From Phoronis australis (taxonomy: Eukaryota; Animalia; Phoronida), in the NCBI GenBank assembly GCA_002633005.1, contig NMRA01000090.1:854736-918735 (forward strand): a stretch of 64,000 nt of DNA, in the 5' to 3' direction. Made by a program: the position numbers and the translations under genes. The notes beneath the pieces are model-generated. The model was given only the letters and a program-made list of their open reading frames with translations. It ran no database searches and was not told where the DNA came from. Positions 11,766-25,748 of the stretch are shown piece by piece; position 1 is the stretch's first letter; each line of letters begins with the position of its first letter.

Positions 11766-14149
11766 GTGTGCAATGAGCAAAAATACACCTTAATATGAGT
11801 CCCCAATCTCCCATGTTCCCCGGATTACCCGTCAAAATCTGTGATCTGCGAAATTGCTTATAACATTCCGTCTTCATAAACAAATTCGTAACTTGGTTTT
11901 TGATTTACGTGTTTATCGACATGTTAACAGAAGTTCTTTGGCAATGAGAAGCTAATATATTATTAAATGATGATGTTTCAGTGAATTTAGTTGAAGCCTG
12001 AATATGGAAAAATCTATAATCAGATCCCCAAATAGTAAGGTGCACTTGGACGCTTTTTGCCTATCTAAAATAACTATCAAAGACATTGATGACATTTAGA
12101 CAATTCCCAAAAAATTATCCACAGTTCAAATTACAATACACGTAAATGTCGTTGAAACTCACTAACAGGGCATGCGCGCCGCCAGCCTTCACAATGGGGG
12201 GCTCGAATTCCTGACGTTATGGACGTTGCTAACGAAAGAGCGGGCGGTCTGAAAAAAAAAAACGGGAGCAACACCGTGACTGTGAATTGCGCGTTTGCGC
12301 TTATTTACTGGACTTTTGTCCCATTTCCACGGCCGATATTTTGTCTCTCAGGGGCGGACTTTTTCTCCCACTTCGCCAAATGGGGAGGGGCTCGTTCGAG
12401 ACCCCGAGCCCTCGGCCCCCTGGCGTGTATAGTTAACAACATTTAAATCGGCTCGCGGCTGGTTCCCTGCGTGTCTGAGTACTGAGAGATCACAGGACCA
12501 GTAGGTGAGAGATGTAGCTGAGATGTAACAGTGTAAATTCGATGAACTAAAGCTCAGCTGGTACGATTCAATTGAGACAGGCAGCTTAGCTCGTTCCGGA
12601 CCTGCGCACAGGGCCGGGAGGNNNNNNNNNNNNNNNNNNNNNNNNNNNNNNNNNNNNNNNNNNNNNNNNNNNNNNNNNNNNNNNNNNNNNNNNNNNNNNN
12701 NNNNNNNNNNNNNNNNNNNNNNNNNNNNNNNNNNNNNNNNNNNNNNNNNNNNNNNNNNNNNNNNGGCAGGGCAGAGTATATTAGCCAGGAATTTGCCATG
12801 AATTTCACACCCCGGCCGAACCACCTAGCGTGAGAGATTCAAAGTGAAAAAAACAACAAAAAACATGTCAGACAAAAGACTGTGCTTGGCAGTTAACAAA
12901 AGAGCCAGATGTTATCACAAGCTCACGACCTTCTATATGTCTGGTAAGTTGCTGGGCGGGCCCAGTCATTCCGTGCCGCTTTCGGGCTCCAATGTATTGA
13001 TGCTCCTTTGTTTGTAAAGCGCCCCTTTCGGAAATCTTCATGCTCTTCGGTGTTAGAAATAAGAATCAATAATATCCCGCATGGATTGAGTCACGTTAAT
13101 TTCGTGCTTGTCAGCGGTTTCGTCAGGAATAATTAAGGACCCGTGTTTCAGCAGTGTTTCAAAACGACGCTATTCGTGATAGAGCAACGATGGGGAACCC
13201 ATGTTTCGACCTTTAGACCACGAGACTGTGTATTTTATTTTGGCCTGTAACTAGTAACGAGCCAATGATTGAATGAATCAAACTCAAAAGTAAGATCATC
13301 GATATCGTAATGTCTAACACAGCTCTGTCAGGTTGTGCAGTAGGGCCTACCAATAATCAGTACCTCCGTTTAAACTGGTTGTAGAGATGGTGACCATCCC
13401 ATTGGTCTTCCATTCGCCAGAGGCTTTTAGGAGAATTACGCTTCACAGTGATCGTCTAAGTCCTGTGCTGCATTGCCTTTGGGCATGGTAGCCTTGGTAG
13501 GCTTGGTACAAAGCTGTATACTAAGAATTTTGACCAGTGCTGTTTACTGTTGTAATGGTAAAACTAGAGGTAAGTAGGTGCCCAAAGCCCACCGTATCAT
13601 CTAGAGCACTGAACGTAACTTACGGTGCGTAGGCACTACGTTTAAATGCCAAAAGGTGGTTGGCTGCGCCTACGTGCGCCTATGCCCCACTACAGCACTA
13701 ATATTGACAGGTCTTCATACAGCTAGCTGGCTGGCTAGGGTCGAGGGAACGTTAGCCTAGGACAGGAAGCCTTTGATGTCATTAATTCTTTCCAACTCGA
13801 ACAAATACTCCCGTAATCAAACTTTTATTTTGAATAATCTTGTTCAGTTGCCCAAATCTGCTCGTGCCAGGGGTATGACATCCACCTTCTGGATGCACAA
13901 GATCTGGTTGGAATGATTCTCAAATAGAGGACTGTCGTACCAATTTTGCACTCCCTTATGGGCATGAAAAATGACGGTATGTCATTTAGAGTTATCGCAA
14001 CTGTTGGTACATAAAAATATGCTTTTAACTACCATTGTAGGTTGGGACAAAATGTGCAGTCCTTTAAGCATGGCATTGTGGTCCCCGGCTGTAAACCTGA
14101 TTCTTATAATTTTACCATTCCAGGATTATCTTGGCAGCACAGGTGAACG

Positions 14150-17100
14150 ATGTCTGAATTTGAACAGGTGCTTGACCAGCTGGGCTCCTTCGGCCCATAC
14201 CAGATACGTGTCTTTGTTCTTGTCAGTCTGTTTGAGACGCCTGCAGCATGCGCCATGCTGTTGCCCATATTTGTTGGTGCTGCTCCTGAGTGGAATTGTC
14301 CGGAAATGGACCTAGCCAGCAATGTCACCGAATTATCTGACAACGGAACCGCTGGAAGTGTAACATATAATGTGACGAAAAACCAGTGTATGGCGGATGG
14401 AAGGCTGTGCGATGGTGTTGTGTACTCATCGCAGTTCACCTCAGTTGTTAGTGAAGTACGTGAATGAATGATGGTTTGTGGGAAAGTTGTAGCAAAAAGG
14501 GGGGGAGGGGGAAAGGAAANCAAGATTACAAAATAGTAAAAATAAAATGACTAGCGACGGTTCTAAAATCGCTCGAAACGTGGTGAATATTTTAATATGT
14601 TTTAGTATCGATGCTCGTAGTTTTATTTTTACTATTTTATATTTGTATCTGTCGGTGACTGTACGGCATCTCAGCATCTACTTGAATTATTTATTAACAT
14701 AATTCAGTTTGGTTGGTTCTAGGTGCCCTTGTTATTAATGCTGAAAGCAGAAGCCTAGCTGATTTGGAGGCCCAAAAATCTGCTTCTCTAATCTGCGCTA
14801 AAATAATGTTAAGACTGTATTTAAGATGCTGGAAAATCTATGTATATTAGTGGAAGTGTTGAAAGTTCCTCGTTTCAGTATCTGAATAATGTCCTCCATG
14901 TGCAATATATCTGTATCAGAATGAGGCAACACTCGTCATTGAAAATTCATTCATGTCGACATGTTTCTACCATTTATATCTGTTCTACGCCTTTGTGTTG
15001 TTTTATCACAGAAAGTAGGTGGCTGAGGATTTTTTGTCTCCAGAAGTTGCTCTCCTTATTTATCTGGCGAATTTTATGAGACACAATCGAGTACTCACAA
15101 TAAGTTGAATTTTTTTGACCAATTTTTTTCCTACATATGAGCACACCCCCAGAAATTGCTTTCGCGTTACATCTAGGTTCCCATTCACTTCCCTGCATGC
15201 ATTCACTACTAAGACTGATCTCAGAGGAGTGTGCTTGATTGCCAGCCAGTAAAGCCAGGATTTGAACCTGTGTCTCCCAAAACGGGAGTCCAAAGCTGAA
15301 ACCAGTGAGTCACACTGTCTCCTCCGTCAATGCTGAGGTCATTCTCAGAATGCTAGTTAGGTGTACTTGCAGTCACGTGATGAAATTTCTGACTTGGGCC
15401 CCGTAATACTTCATCATGAATTTCAGAAAGAGGGTACTGACCTACATCACAGTCCATGATCCTGTCGCCAATTTGCTAGTTAATAGACATGTTTTTTTCT
15501 GGTACGCCAAAGCATCCATTGTGTCTCATGAAATTCGCCTGATATTTGACTGCCCAGTGCCCAGTGGCACTAATTTGTCTCATTGTTACTGACTGCCATC
15601 TTCCAGTGGAATCTGGTCTGCTCCCAGTCTCACATCAGCGATCTCATCACTACTATTCAAATGCTTGGCGTGCTCATTGGAGCCTGCGTTGCTGGGCAAC
15701 TCGCCGATCTGTTTGGCAGGAAGAAGATCCTCTTCATTTTCTACGCTGGCCTCCTCGTGGTGGAGCTGTCCTCTGCTTTCACATACGCTTGGCAGTTGTA
15801 TGCGGTGGCCAGGTTCTTCATTGGTGGTCTGGTTGGGGGTTAGTAACGGCCTGTTTGCAGTATGTAATATATACAGTACTAGCCAAAAGTATTCAAACAA
15901 AATGATATGCAATTCCCCATCATGAGGGCTAGAACGGAAACCAAACTGATGGTTGTGACCAAGAATAAATGGGACAGTAAAGTTAGTAAGCTGGCTAAGC
16001 CATTCTGGAAGAAAATATTTGCTGCCCTAACAGTTATTATCAGCAATTTTGTGTTAACAGAATTAGCCATTATGATGGGAAAATGATATTTTGTCGGATT
16101 ACTTTTGTCTTGTACTGTATGATGTAGTACAAATGTTAGTGGTGACATTTGAAAGGGAACATTACAGTGGATATCAATGCTAGTAGAATTTTCCCGGCCT
16201 GCGGGTTACATGCACATTGGACATACTGCTTATAATTCTTGATTGGCTATTTTTATGGCTAATATACATTTATTCAGTAACAAAGCCTCCGGCCCTTGTT
16301 ACAATCAAATCATCAAAATACAACACAGGTAAGTGCTAAACACTAAAAGTACGCTTGAATGCGAAATGAACGTATTTACATGTTGACCATATATTAGGAT
16401 TTTTTTGCTCCGTAGTCATGAGTCTCTTGAATTTTATAACATTTTAGCTTCATGCTGGCAAATACCGTTTCCTAAGGTCATCGTAGAATGGACAATCGGT
16501 AACGAAATGTCATTCTGACTGGACACACACTCCTAACGATAATGGGGTAATTTCGTGAAACTGAAAAACTTCATTAAGTGTACAGTACAAGTCAAAAATT
16601 GATCAGACAAAGTGACCCTGAATTTGCCATTGTGACGGCTGGGCAAAAATCGAGTTCATTGTCAAAGTAAACTTTCTTCTTGACCAAGAATGAAGAGTGT
16701 TAACAGGAGAGTTATTAGTGTGGCTAAGCTTTTCTGTAAATTGAATTTTGACACCCCAGTATTTCTTTTTCCAGTCTTTTTTGCTGTTAACAGTAATAGC
16801 CGTAATGGTGGGGAAAAGGTGTTTTGTCTAATTTCTTTTGTCTTGGGCTGTAAGTCTTTTAGTATGTCTATTCAACATGTTGTCATGCCATACCACCTTA
16901 TTCACACAGTCGCCATGTTACAAAGAGCCTCCTTTTAGGTTTTAAAAAACAATGCATTCTGTGCTTAGTCACAGCACAAAATGTGATTTTTTTTACGTGC
17001 CTCGTTATAGTGTTATGTCTCAATTGTTGTTTTTAAGCCCATAGAGAGTCTCTTTTTAAAATGACTACTGCCTTAATTTCTCCTACACCTCTGCTGTTTA

Positions 17101-20100
17101 TCTGCATCCTAGTTTGTATCGCAGCTTCTTTTTCAGGTTTGATGGTCGTTAACTTTGTGCTGCCCATTGAGTTTGTGACCCCCAAGTGGCGCACCCTGTG
17201 TGGATGTCTGGGATTCTGGGCCGTGGGCATAATGTTGATGGCGTTGCTAGGTTACCTGGTGCGCGATTGGCGCCATCTGACCATCGTGTGCAGTACAATT
17301 GGGATACCACTGTTGTTCACCTGGTGGTATGCCTTTTCACATTGTTTTTACCAGCAATTTTTACGGAATTATCAAAATTAGCCATCATGACATGAAACGG
17401 TATTTTGTCTGATTACTTTTGTCTTGTACTCTATGTATTTTATAAGTGTATTCTTGTATCTTATTGACTACAACATTCCTCTCGTGCTAGCAGTGGTGGC
17501 CCAGCGTGCATGTTTTGTATGCTTTTGTTTAGTTGGATATAAAAATATAATTGGCTGTCATGTGTAAAGAAATATGCCTAGCGGGCAACTTTTGAAATCT
17601 CGGTATTTCAGTTTTACGGTGTCGCATCTTTGCCATTCCTAACCGATTTTGTATCATATGCTATTTTTTCTTTGTATCCTGGCGTTAACAGTTTGGCTCA
17701 TGATCTTAGTTTCTCAGTAATAACCATGGTTCCTAGGCCTGGTAAACTGTGTTCAGCAATTCATGCTGAACTCACAAGCCCAGGTCTCCAATTTACAAAC
17801 ACAGTTTATAAACTCTTAAAACATGGCTTATGCACCCTAAAACACAATTCTCCAACTCACAGTCTCATGCACAGTCTCACAAGCATGGCTCTCAAAGTCC
17901 GTGTACTCTGTGAACCCTGTGAGTCGGAACCTAATTTTGTTTTGTTTTAAATGTGAAAGCTGTGTTGTCTGGCTCCCTGTGTACTGTTTGCTTCAGACAT
18001 GTAAGCTGTATTCAGGAGTGTAACGGTCATAATGTTGCTGTTTCTTGCCCCCTATTTGCCCCTATTTGCATGTAGAGTCTATATGTCCTGCATAATCTTG
18101 TGAGCATAATCAATGACAGTAAAATTCTTTAACAAGTAAGAAAAAACTGCATATTTCTACGTTTTTGTAGTAAATGCTTGAAACAAATTCTTCATGATGG
18201 CTATACCTCACAAAGATGTTGAACCAAGTTTTCTTCATTTTTGTCCATAGGTCTTAATGGAACAAATTTCTGCTGGTCAACCATTGTATGTCCTTAACTC
18301 TATAATTTGTACCGCCCATTCTTACTCACCTGTAGGTGGATCCCAGAGAGCCCTCGGTGGTTAGTACAACGAGAACAATTTAAGGATGCTGAAGATATCC
18401 TCGTCGAGATGGCTAACTTTAACAAGAAACCTGTGCCTGCATTTGATGGTCTAGAAACATATGCAAAGGTATTTCTACAGCATTACTTTGTTTATTTATC
18501 AACAAAGAAATTCTGTCAAAATGGATGAAAGATTGACGGATTGCCTCAACTTGATTTGTGAGCCCAATTTTTTACATTTTTATGCTAATATTGTATGTAG
18601 TGGAATTCAGTTTTAATTGTTATAACTTCAGTGCATTTGTAGTTTCAAAAGATTTACTAAAAAATAGTTGATAATTGGCAAAAATTGTCTTTAATGGCTT
18701 TTTTGTCGAGAATAAATGTCAGGAATTATACACTCTGTGTGAATGCTGTTGATAAGGACTATCTGAATGTCCAATTTGAGAGACTAGTATTACATCAGAA
18801 AAAAATATGAAAACTCTTGATTTATTTTGAGAGGCATTTTTTCGCATGGGAGAATTTTTAAAATTTTTGGGCCCATTGGTGTTATTTTCTTTGGCGAAAA
18901 ATGTTTGCATTTATGTCAAGGCTGTGTGGGCCTTGCTTGAAATGATGACAGTGGTCACTTACAGGGCTCTGTAGTGGAAATTAAAGAAACTGGTTCTCTG
19001 TAACTTCCTAAAACCGCTCTGTGGTGGTGGCGTATTACAACTATTATTAAAATCTCTTGGTCTTTTTACACCGACGTCTAATCTATATACTACACTGTCA
19101 CGACGTTTCGGTCGGTCTCTTCTCTGGCCATCATCAGGTGTTCCCGCGTTCTATTATGTGCGAGGCAGGATTTGAATCCATGACTTCTGAAACTACAGAT
19201 GATTCGAGTCCAGCACCTTAACCACTACACCACTGAGTCATCCAACAGTTCAAGAATTTATTGCGTAGTGCCATAGTTTTCATTAACTTTGTGTGTGTGC
19301 ACAAAGATGTTAAATGTTATCAAACTGAAAATTAGGAAAAACCTTCAAACTTATGCTAGTATAGACTTCTTGGTAATGTGTAAACCCGTGCTTTCTGGTA
19401 ACTGTACAGCATTTGATGGGTGCTCCATGGGTGACTATATGAATTTCTTCCCATGTCCAAGTTCAGTTAATTTGTCTTCTCTCTCCAACATCTTTGTGTT
19501 ATTCTGGTCTATTTTTACAATAATTCATATCGCCTAGTGAAACACAGTCACTGAAACCGTTACTTAATTTTGTCAGTACCCAGCTTTCTCTAGGTCACTG
19601 TCAGTGGCATACTATTTTACAGCGAGAAATAGAAAAGAGGCATCATGCTAATAAGTACAGCTACTGGCATTTGTTTGAATCATGGCAAGTTGCCAAAACA
19701 TCGCTGATAGCCATGTTTGCCTGGTAAGTACGACACTCGTTTGAGTTCAGTAGGTGTAATTACAAATTCAAAATTCAATCAAATTTGAAAGTACAACTGA
19801 AAATTTCAATCATAAATATGTGAGCAGTACTAAGCTCACCTTGTGGAGACACTGTGGTAATCATTTTGTTATTAATAACTTACAATAATCTATAAGGTAT
19901 TATACTTTGTTTACAGATCTTGGCATTTAGCCAAATATTTACAGAACTATAGACTTTAACACGGTAAAACTAAATATTTTGTGAAAGCAGAAAGATTGTC
20001 AAATTTTATTGTCGAATGGTTACTCAACCAATCTGCAATGAATTAGGTCACATCTTTTAGCAAAAAAGAAAGGTGCATTGATAGCAAAACAACTAGTACA

Positions 20101-23100
20101 TGAATCAATAACATCAAATTTTATCTAATACAAATTTAAAGGTGACATCACAAAAACACTGTCACAGTTTAACAAAGTGTATTTTTGTTTACGTTTTATG
20201 CAGCTTAAGTTTTTTTGTGAAAATCAAATCTTTTATTTGATAGCACCTCATGCAAAAATGAGATAAGTGCACAAAGCATACCATCTGAAAGTTTCATAGG
20301 AATCCAATATTCCGTTTCTGAAATATGTTCCTAAGCGAGCCAAATTTGGACACTTTTCTAGGGTTCTGCGGGACCTTTATCTCTTTTTTTCGTTTCACCC
20401 TTAGGTTCACAAGCAGTGCTGTGTATTACGGCATCAATCTCAACGTGAAGAACCTTGCAGGTAATATCTACCTGAACGTGTTCTTGTCAGGTATCGTGGA
20501 GATACCTGTGCTTATTCTGGTGCTCTTTGTCAACAACAAGTGAGTACTTCCTATTTGTTGTGGTTACATCGGATTGATTACGGTTGCATATTGTAATGAA
20601 CAATACAATGGAGCCCATACTGGATAATAGAATTATATATACCGGTTATTGTCATGAAATGTCACAAAATTGAAAATAACATGCACAATGTCATGTGTTA
20701 TTGTCATATGTGTTATTGTCATATTTCTGGACATTTTCAATTCTCACCCGCTTATTAGCATATTTACTACCTGAATGTTTGCTTTTCCATCTAAAAATCG
20801 GCCCAATTCATCTTCAATTCAACTGCCGATTGGGAACTTGTCAGCGGAATAAAAATTGGCCGTTTGCTGTTTAGCTGTCTTACACTCAGACTCTCCACTT
20901 AGCATGAGCAGCCTATGAGAGTGGTTATGGTCAACGAAGAGTCAGAACGAACTGTCGTAATTGACACGGAAGCGGGGGTGGGTATAACATTAAGGGGGCT
21001 CCGCTGTATGACCTCATATCGATATTCGAAGCAATATGAAAATGTGACAATATTTTAACATCATGTATGCGTGGAAGTAAAGTACATTTGGTTATAACAA
21101 AACAATCTGGAGAATTGTGCATTTTCATTGGCCTCATGTTATACATTGGGAAATAAATATAATCATGGTAAACTATATATTAGCTGTCGACATTATTAGC
21201 CGAGGTTGGTGCGCCGAATAAGTATTTTCGCGAGGCTGAAGTTTTTACACGGCATGTTGAAGGTTCACCCACCCTGTTTGTCTATGCCAAATTCTTTACC
21301 ATGCAGCTTCTGTGTCACACTATCATCATGCAATTAAGCTTTTGGATTATTGCACGGGCACAGTTATTGTCTATAGTTGTGACACAGTTATGGTATAGCC
21401 ATATCAAGACGTATCTGGTGGCCTTTAATTTGTCATCAAGAGAAGACAGGATTGTTATTGTTTGAAAAGTACTGTTTAGCTCTTCAATATAAAACTTTCA
21501 TAATTAAGAAGAATTCACACTAAATCGTCAGGAAACATGCTGCTCTGACATTTCACTTATTTTTGACGAGATAGTTCTACCAAACTACTCTCATGCCTCT
21601 ATTGTGTGTCGTCTAAATTGACCTCTTTTCATGGACACGTCGAATTATCATGTCGTACGTTTCAGGATTGGCCGCCGGTGGACAGTGTTTATGTTAATGT
21701 TGACTACAGGTGTGTCGTGTTTAGCCATCCTTATCCTAGATCTTGCAGGTGAGTGACACTATTCTTTTCGTGTAGTTTTGTTTTAGTTTGTGAACAGTTA
21801 AAAGCCTAGTAGATATATTTCGCATGATCAGCCAGCCATGCCTACTTAGCACATGACCGTTAAGTGCTACCTCACATTTTTTAAGTGGCAACTATGCTTA
21901 GTGGTTGGGCAGAAATTGCTGTTAAATAAGGTGATAAGATTTTGTTACCATGTAAACATAGGTCTGCAATAAAATATCTTGGATGTGACATATTTTTACT
22001 AATCTGAACATGCTAATGAACCTCTAGATTTGCCCTTAGCTAGTTAGAAGACGCACCAAATGTTTACATGCTTACTTCACCGCTATGTCCAATTTCTGAA
22101 CGTGGTGTCCTAGCTAAGGAATCTAAATTCGAGCTCTGGACGCCTTCTGGACGGAGGCCTGGAAATCGGCATATGACATGCTCTTAAATTCGTCATCATA
22201 ATGTCATTTTCAACCCTCTGGCTACTGCTGTTGTAGTCCATGGGAACTCAACATTAAAATGCAGATTTCTCTTAAAATAACTAGAAAATGGCGAAAAGGC
22301 TTGGTTATGGATTTATGTCATCAGTTAGTAAATATTTTAGATTATTTTTAGACTTGGAATCTTTCAGTTCATGTTCAAGTTGGTAGGTTGGAATTTTCCT
22401 TTTTTAAGAGTATTTCCTCTTTTTTGGTTTCAATTTCCTCTTTTTTGATTTCAAATTCCTCTCATTTCGTTTTCAGTTTCCTCATTCTTGTCTTTTTTAT
22501 CATTATTTTAACTTCATTCATGCAAAACCGTTTATTTCAGTTAAATTTTATAACACAAAACATACTTCTATCACACAAGCCTATTTATTTGTGGAACGAT
22601 ACTTCACCTTGAAAATTTTCCGCTTTTTTGCTATTGGCCATTCCAAGCCGGGATTCAGCTCTCAAGTGGTCTTAGTAGTTTCACAGTTGTCTGTTAATTG
22701 TAAATCATGTTTGCTAACTTGGTAAAGTAAGTGGTAAATCAATTGGAGGATCTCAGAAATAGGTACACTGTCATCTGTACTTGATTTCCTGTGATATTGA
22801 GTGCCACCATGCTACAGTGTATTCTAATTCTTCTACAAGTACGCGAAATACTTGCTACTCATACCACAGTTGTGAAATCCTAAACTTATTTCATGTAAAA
22901 GTATCTGTGCCAAAATTGTTAGTTTTTCGATTTTTCATGTTGTTCAGATTTGTCTTTGATGTGCTAACAATTTCGTTGCAAAAACTTTATTCAGCCATTA
23001 AGAAGTGGAAGCCAAAGTCAAAATATTTTGCTTAAGTCTTAAGTCACTGTTCCTGAAGCAGACCCCAGACTGACATCTGCATTTGAAAACTGTCGTAATA

Positions 23101-25748
23101 TGCTGCACGTGAAAGAACAGCTGCTAAGGTTTGCATAGATACTGATGTCTTTTTAAATGACGCTCAGTCCTCTTATATGTGCAGGTAAATCGCCTGTCCA
23201 TGGGACTCTGGTAATCATCTTTGCCCTCATTGGTAAGGCAGCCATTGCTGGAGGTTGGGCGGCAGCTCAGGTGTTGTCGGCGGAGGTTTTCCCCACCCTG
23301 GCCAGGTATGGGTTTGACATTAATTGGACAGAGGTCCCTGAGAACCCGTCTTGAACACTTGTGATTCCATCGCAACTGATCACATAGGAGCGATGGTGCA
23401 TAGTGTTCATCTAACTGATGGGGACGCAACTTTATTTTTGAGCACAATAACTAAAAATGCTAAGCAGTAAAAGTCGCTCAAGCCAAAAGCGTGTGGCAGT
23501 CTTTCAGTTAACTTGGCCGGAAGTCTGTTGTACCGGTGCACTTGTTTACGAAGGTACTTGGCATGAAAATTTTGTCCTGGTTTGTGCAACTTTGAAAAAA
23601 TGCAGTGGTGAATCGTGAAATCAGTAATTTTACAAGTATGCAATGTGATACGAACTTCCCTTCACCCTCTGTGAAATGAAAAATCTGGAAATTTAACTAA
23701 AACTTTGCAAAAAGGAAAAGGTATTCTATCTTTAAGTTGTGTAAATTTTCATTTTCGTATCAAATATAAAACAGTCATTGTCTTGTGAATTGTATTCATT
23801 GGTAGGTCGTGCATTCAGTTAAGTTTGGCAGCAGTCTTTATGTAATACCGATAATTAACCCATTCCAGGTCTACTTTCTGCACAAAAAAGAATCTTTTGA
23901 CAATGAAGTTTTTCATGGAAATCCCCTGGTATGTTGAGGAAATTGAAAACACTGACTGTCAGTGGGACCCAGGATTGAAGCTCTGGCGTGATTCTTAAAT
24001 TTGTTGCCAATTTTGACACAATTCTTGCTCTCATGAACTCAGAGTCAGCTGACTGTTCTCTTTCAGGAATGTTGGAATAGGCGCATGCTCAATGGCCGCT
24101 CGCGTTGGCGGAATGGTGGCGCCACAGTTGGTGTTCCTGGTGAGTTGCCATGTACGGTGTGAAGGCTTGTTTTACAAATATTGTCTGACTGATGAAACTG
24201 TCGAATGAGAGACTTTTAAATTGCAACGTGGTAACTGGTCATGTGGGACCATATACCAGCGACATCTACAGGACGAGGAGGCAGTTTATAACTTTTGTTT
24301 AAAACATCTCATCTGATGACACTCTAAAGACTAAGTGTCTTTTCACAAAGTCAATTGTCCCCCTTTGTTACTCGCTGCAAAGAAGTACCTGCTGATACAG
24401 CTGGGTGGTAGTATGAGTCACCGGTCTCATGTGATCAGCCCCATTGTTCCAGAAAGTCTCCCATTGTCCGCTGCCTCTACTCATTGAAATCCACATTGGA
24501 TGTTAACCAAGTGTTGTCTGACTAAAGCTTTTTGGTTTCAATTCCCGGATATAATGCTAACTGCGGTTTCCAGGCTGAATTTTATAGTATTATATTTTTG
24601 TGTATTTCTTAAATTAAATGTTAACTGTTGAAAAAAATTCGCTCATGGTGTTTTTTGGCACTGGCACTCTTAACAGTTTTTGTGGACTAGTACAAACTTC
24701 TGACATCTGTGATCAAAACCAACCGAAGCCTGTGTTATTAAAGGTCAGAAGTCTGGTCATAGCTGAGATGGTCGCAACTTTAAATTTAATTTGTACACAG
24801 TCTATTGTCAGTGGTGGTCCAGAAATTAAACTTCAAGTCAATTATAACATTTCTGCTATTTTAAAAACTTAGCTTTGTATGAGCAGTAACGTGTCTAGGA
24901 TCATCTAAGCTATGACTGTACTTACGGCCTTTCATGAAACTGGTCCATGAATATTAAAGTGATATCTGCCTTTATTTTTTGTGTGAACTTTCAGAAAGTT
25001 TTTACAAAAAAATATGGAAGCTCTTGCATGTGTAGGTCGAAATAGGTTCTTACATGGATCTATATTGACTCAGCCACCAGGTGGCTAGAACTGCTTGACC
25101 ACTAGTTGGCTCACCAAAAACTGCCAAATAACACGTCAATTATATTTTGTAAGTCGGCCAAGAAGAAGTTTAGGACAGAACAGTTTCAAAACGAGTTTGG
25201 AAAATTTACTGCATTGAAAGCATCAGAAATGGACCAATGTAAGCAAGAGCATAGATGGCCGCTTGGTGCTCGATATTACATGATATTGTGACACTTACAT
25301 GAGAGGTAACTCTGACCTGATATAATACATTCTAGTGTTGGCTTGTGAAGTAAACGAGTATCGGCTAAATGGTGATTAAACTTTCTTTTGCCAGAGTCAA
25401 TTATCCAAGCCTCTCCCGTTCATCTGTTTTGGAACCTTCTGTTTGCTCTGTGCCATATCCATCCTGTTTGTTATGGAAACAAAAGAACTAGCTCTACCCG
25501 ATTCATTCCGATCTCAATGGAAGCTGCGTGCTAACGATGAGGTTGCGAGGACTCCTGTTGCTGGCTCGTCTAGAAGCATTCCAGAGTCTGTTGAACTGTT
25601 GGATGCCAAAGACCAGTCAGTAATTAGTAGGTCATTCCAAACACAAGGTGGCGATGGAGCTGCAGAAGACACTCCTGTGGCTGAATCTTCATCCAACGCT
25701 CAGCTACTCCCAGTTGGCCTCGAATTGGAAGATGGTGTAGGAGTTTGA
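14150..25748 (+). CDS. SLC22 family (organic cation/anion transporter-like, MFS), ~575 aa, 10 coding exons
   Basis: Exons 14150-14455, 15607-15838, 17137-17326, 18336-18468, 19623-19723, 20405-20539, 21666-21748, 23185-23305, 24067-24139, 25395-25748; GT-AG and phase-consistent. Motifs: FEQVLDQLGSFGPYQ, TSVVSE|WNLVC, ADLFGRK, IPESPRWL, IGRR, SAEVFPTLAR|NVG, ARVGGMVAP, METK. An acceptor at 14123 implies upstream non-coding exon(s). Specific orthologue not assignable. Confidence 0.93.
15170..15325 (-). mobile_element. tRNA-derived SINE (head region)
   Basis: Minus strand AGGAGACAGTGTGACTCACTGG (A-box-like) ... CAGGTTCAAATCC (B box); 5' end resembles the copy at ~45180. Confidence 0.55.
15925..16125 (+). 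repeat. Dispersed ~200 bp repeat family member; other copies at ~16770-16855, 17340-17435, 25960-26030, 40080-40295
   Basis: Shared block resembling TTTTGCTGTTAACAGAATTAGCC..ATG..GGAAAA.G.TATTTTGTC.GATT.CTTTTGTCTTGTACT in at least five places. Confidence 0.65.
19068..19141 (-). ncRNA. Putative type I hammerhead ribozyme motif
   Basis: Minus strand ACAC-CUGAUGA-U-GGCC...GACC-GAAA-CGUC...GACG-UC-GGUGU: intact core CUGAUGA (19137-19131), GAAA (19109-19106) and GUC triplet; stem II has one mismatch. Confidence 0.55.
19160..19243 (-). mobile_element. tRNA-derived (Ser/Arg-like) SINE head or tRNA pseudogene directly upstream of the hammerhead motif
   Basis: A box TGGTGTAGTGG (19232-19222), GGTTAAGG, anticodon-arm-like TGGACTCGAATC, B-box-like GATTCAAATCC (19178-19168); acceptor stem not intact, so not a functional tRNA. 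Confidence 0.6.
22385..22652 (-). mobile_element. hAT-like MITE, inverted copy of 33946-34201
   Basis: Reverse complement matches the 33946-34201 element (GAAAATTTTC.AGGTGA, ATAGGCT, TTTAACTGAAAT, TTTTGCATGAAT, AAAAAAGAGGAAA). Confidence 0.65.

Noticed and set aside
24185-24330. Other CTGATGA occurrences (24190, 24313; also ~34810, ~47148, ~54471) as hammerheads
   Set aside because: No correctly placed stem II, GAAA and NUH downstream.
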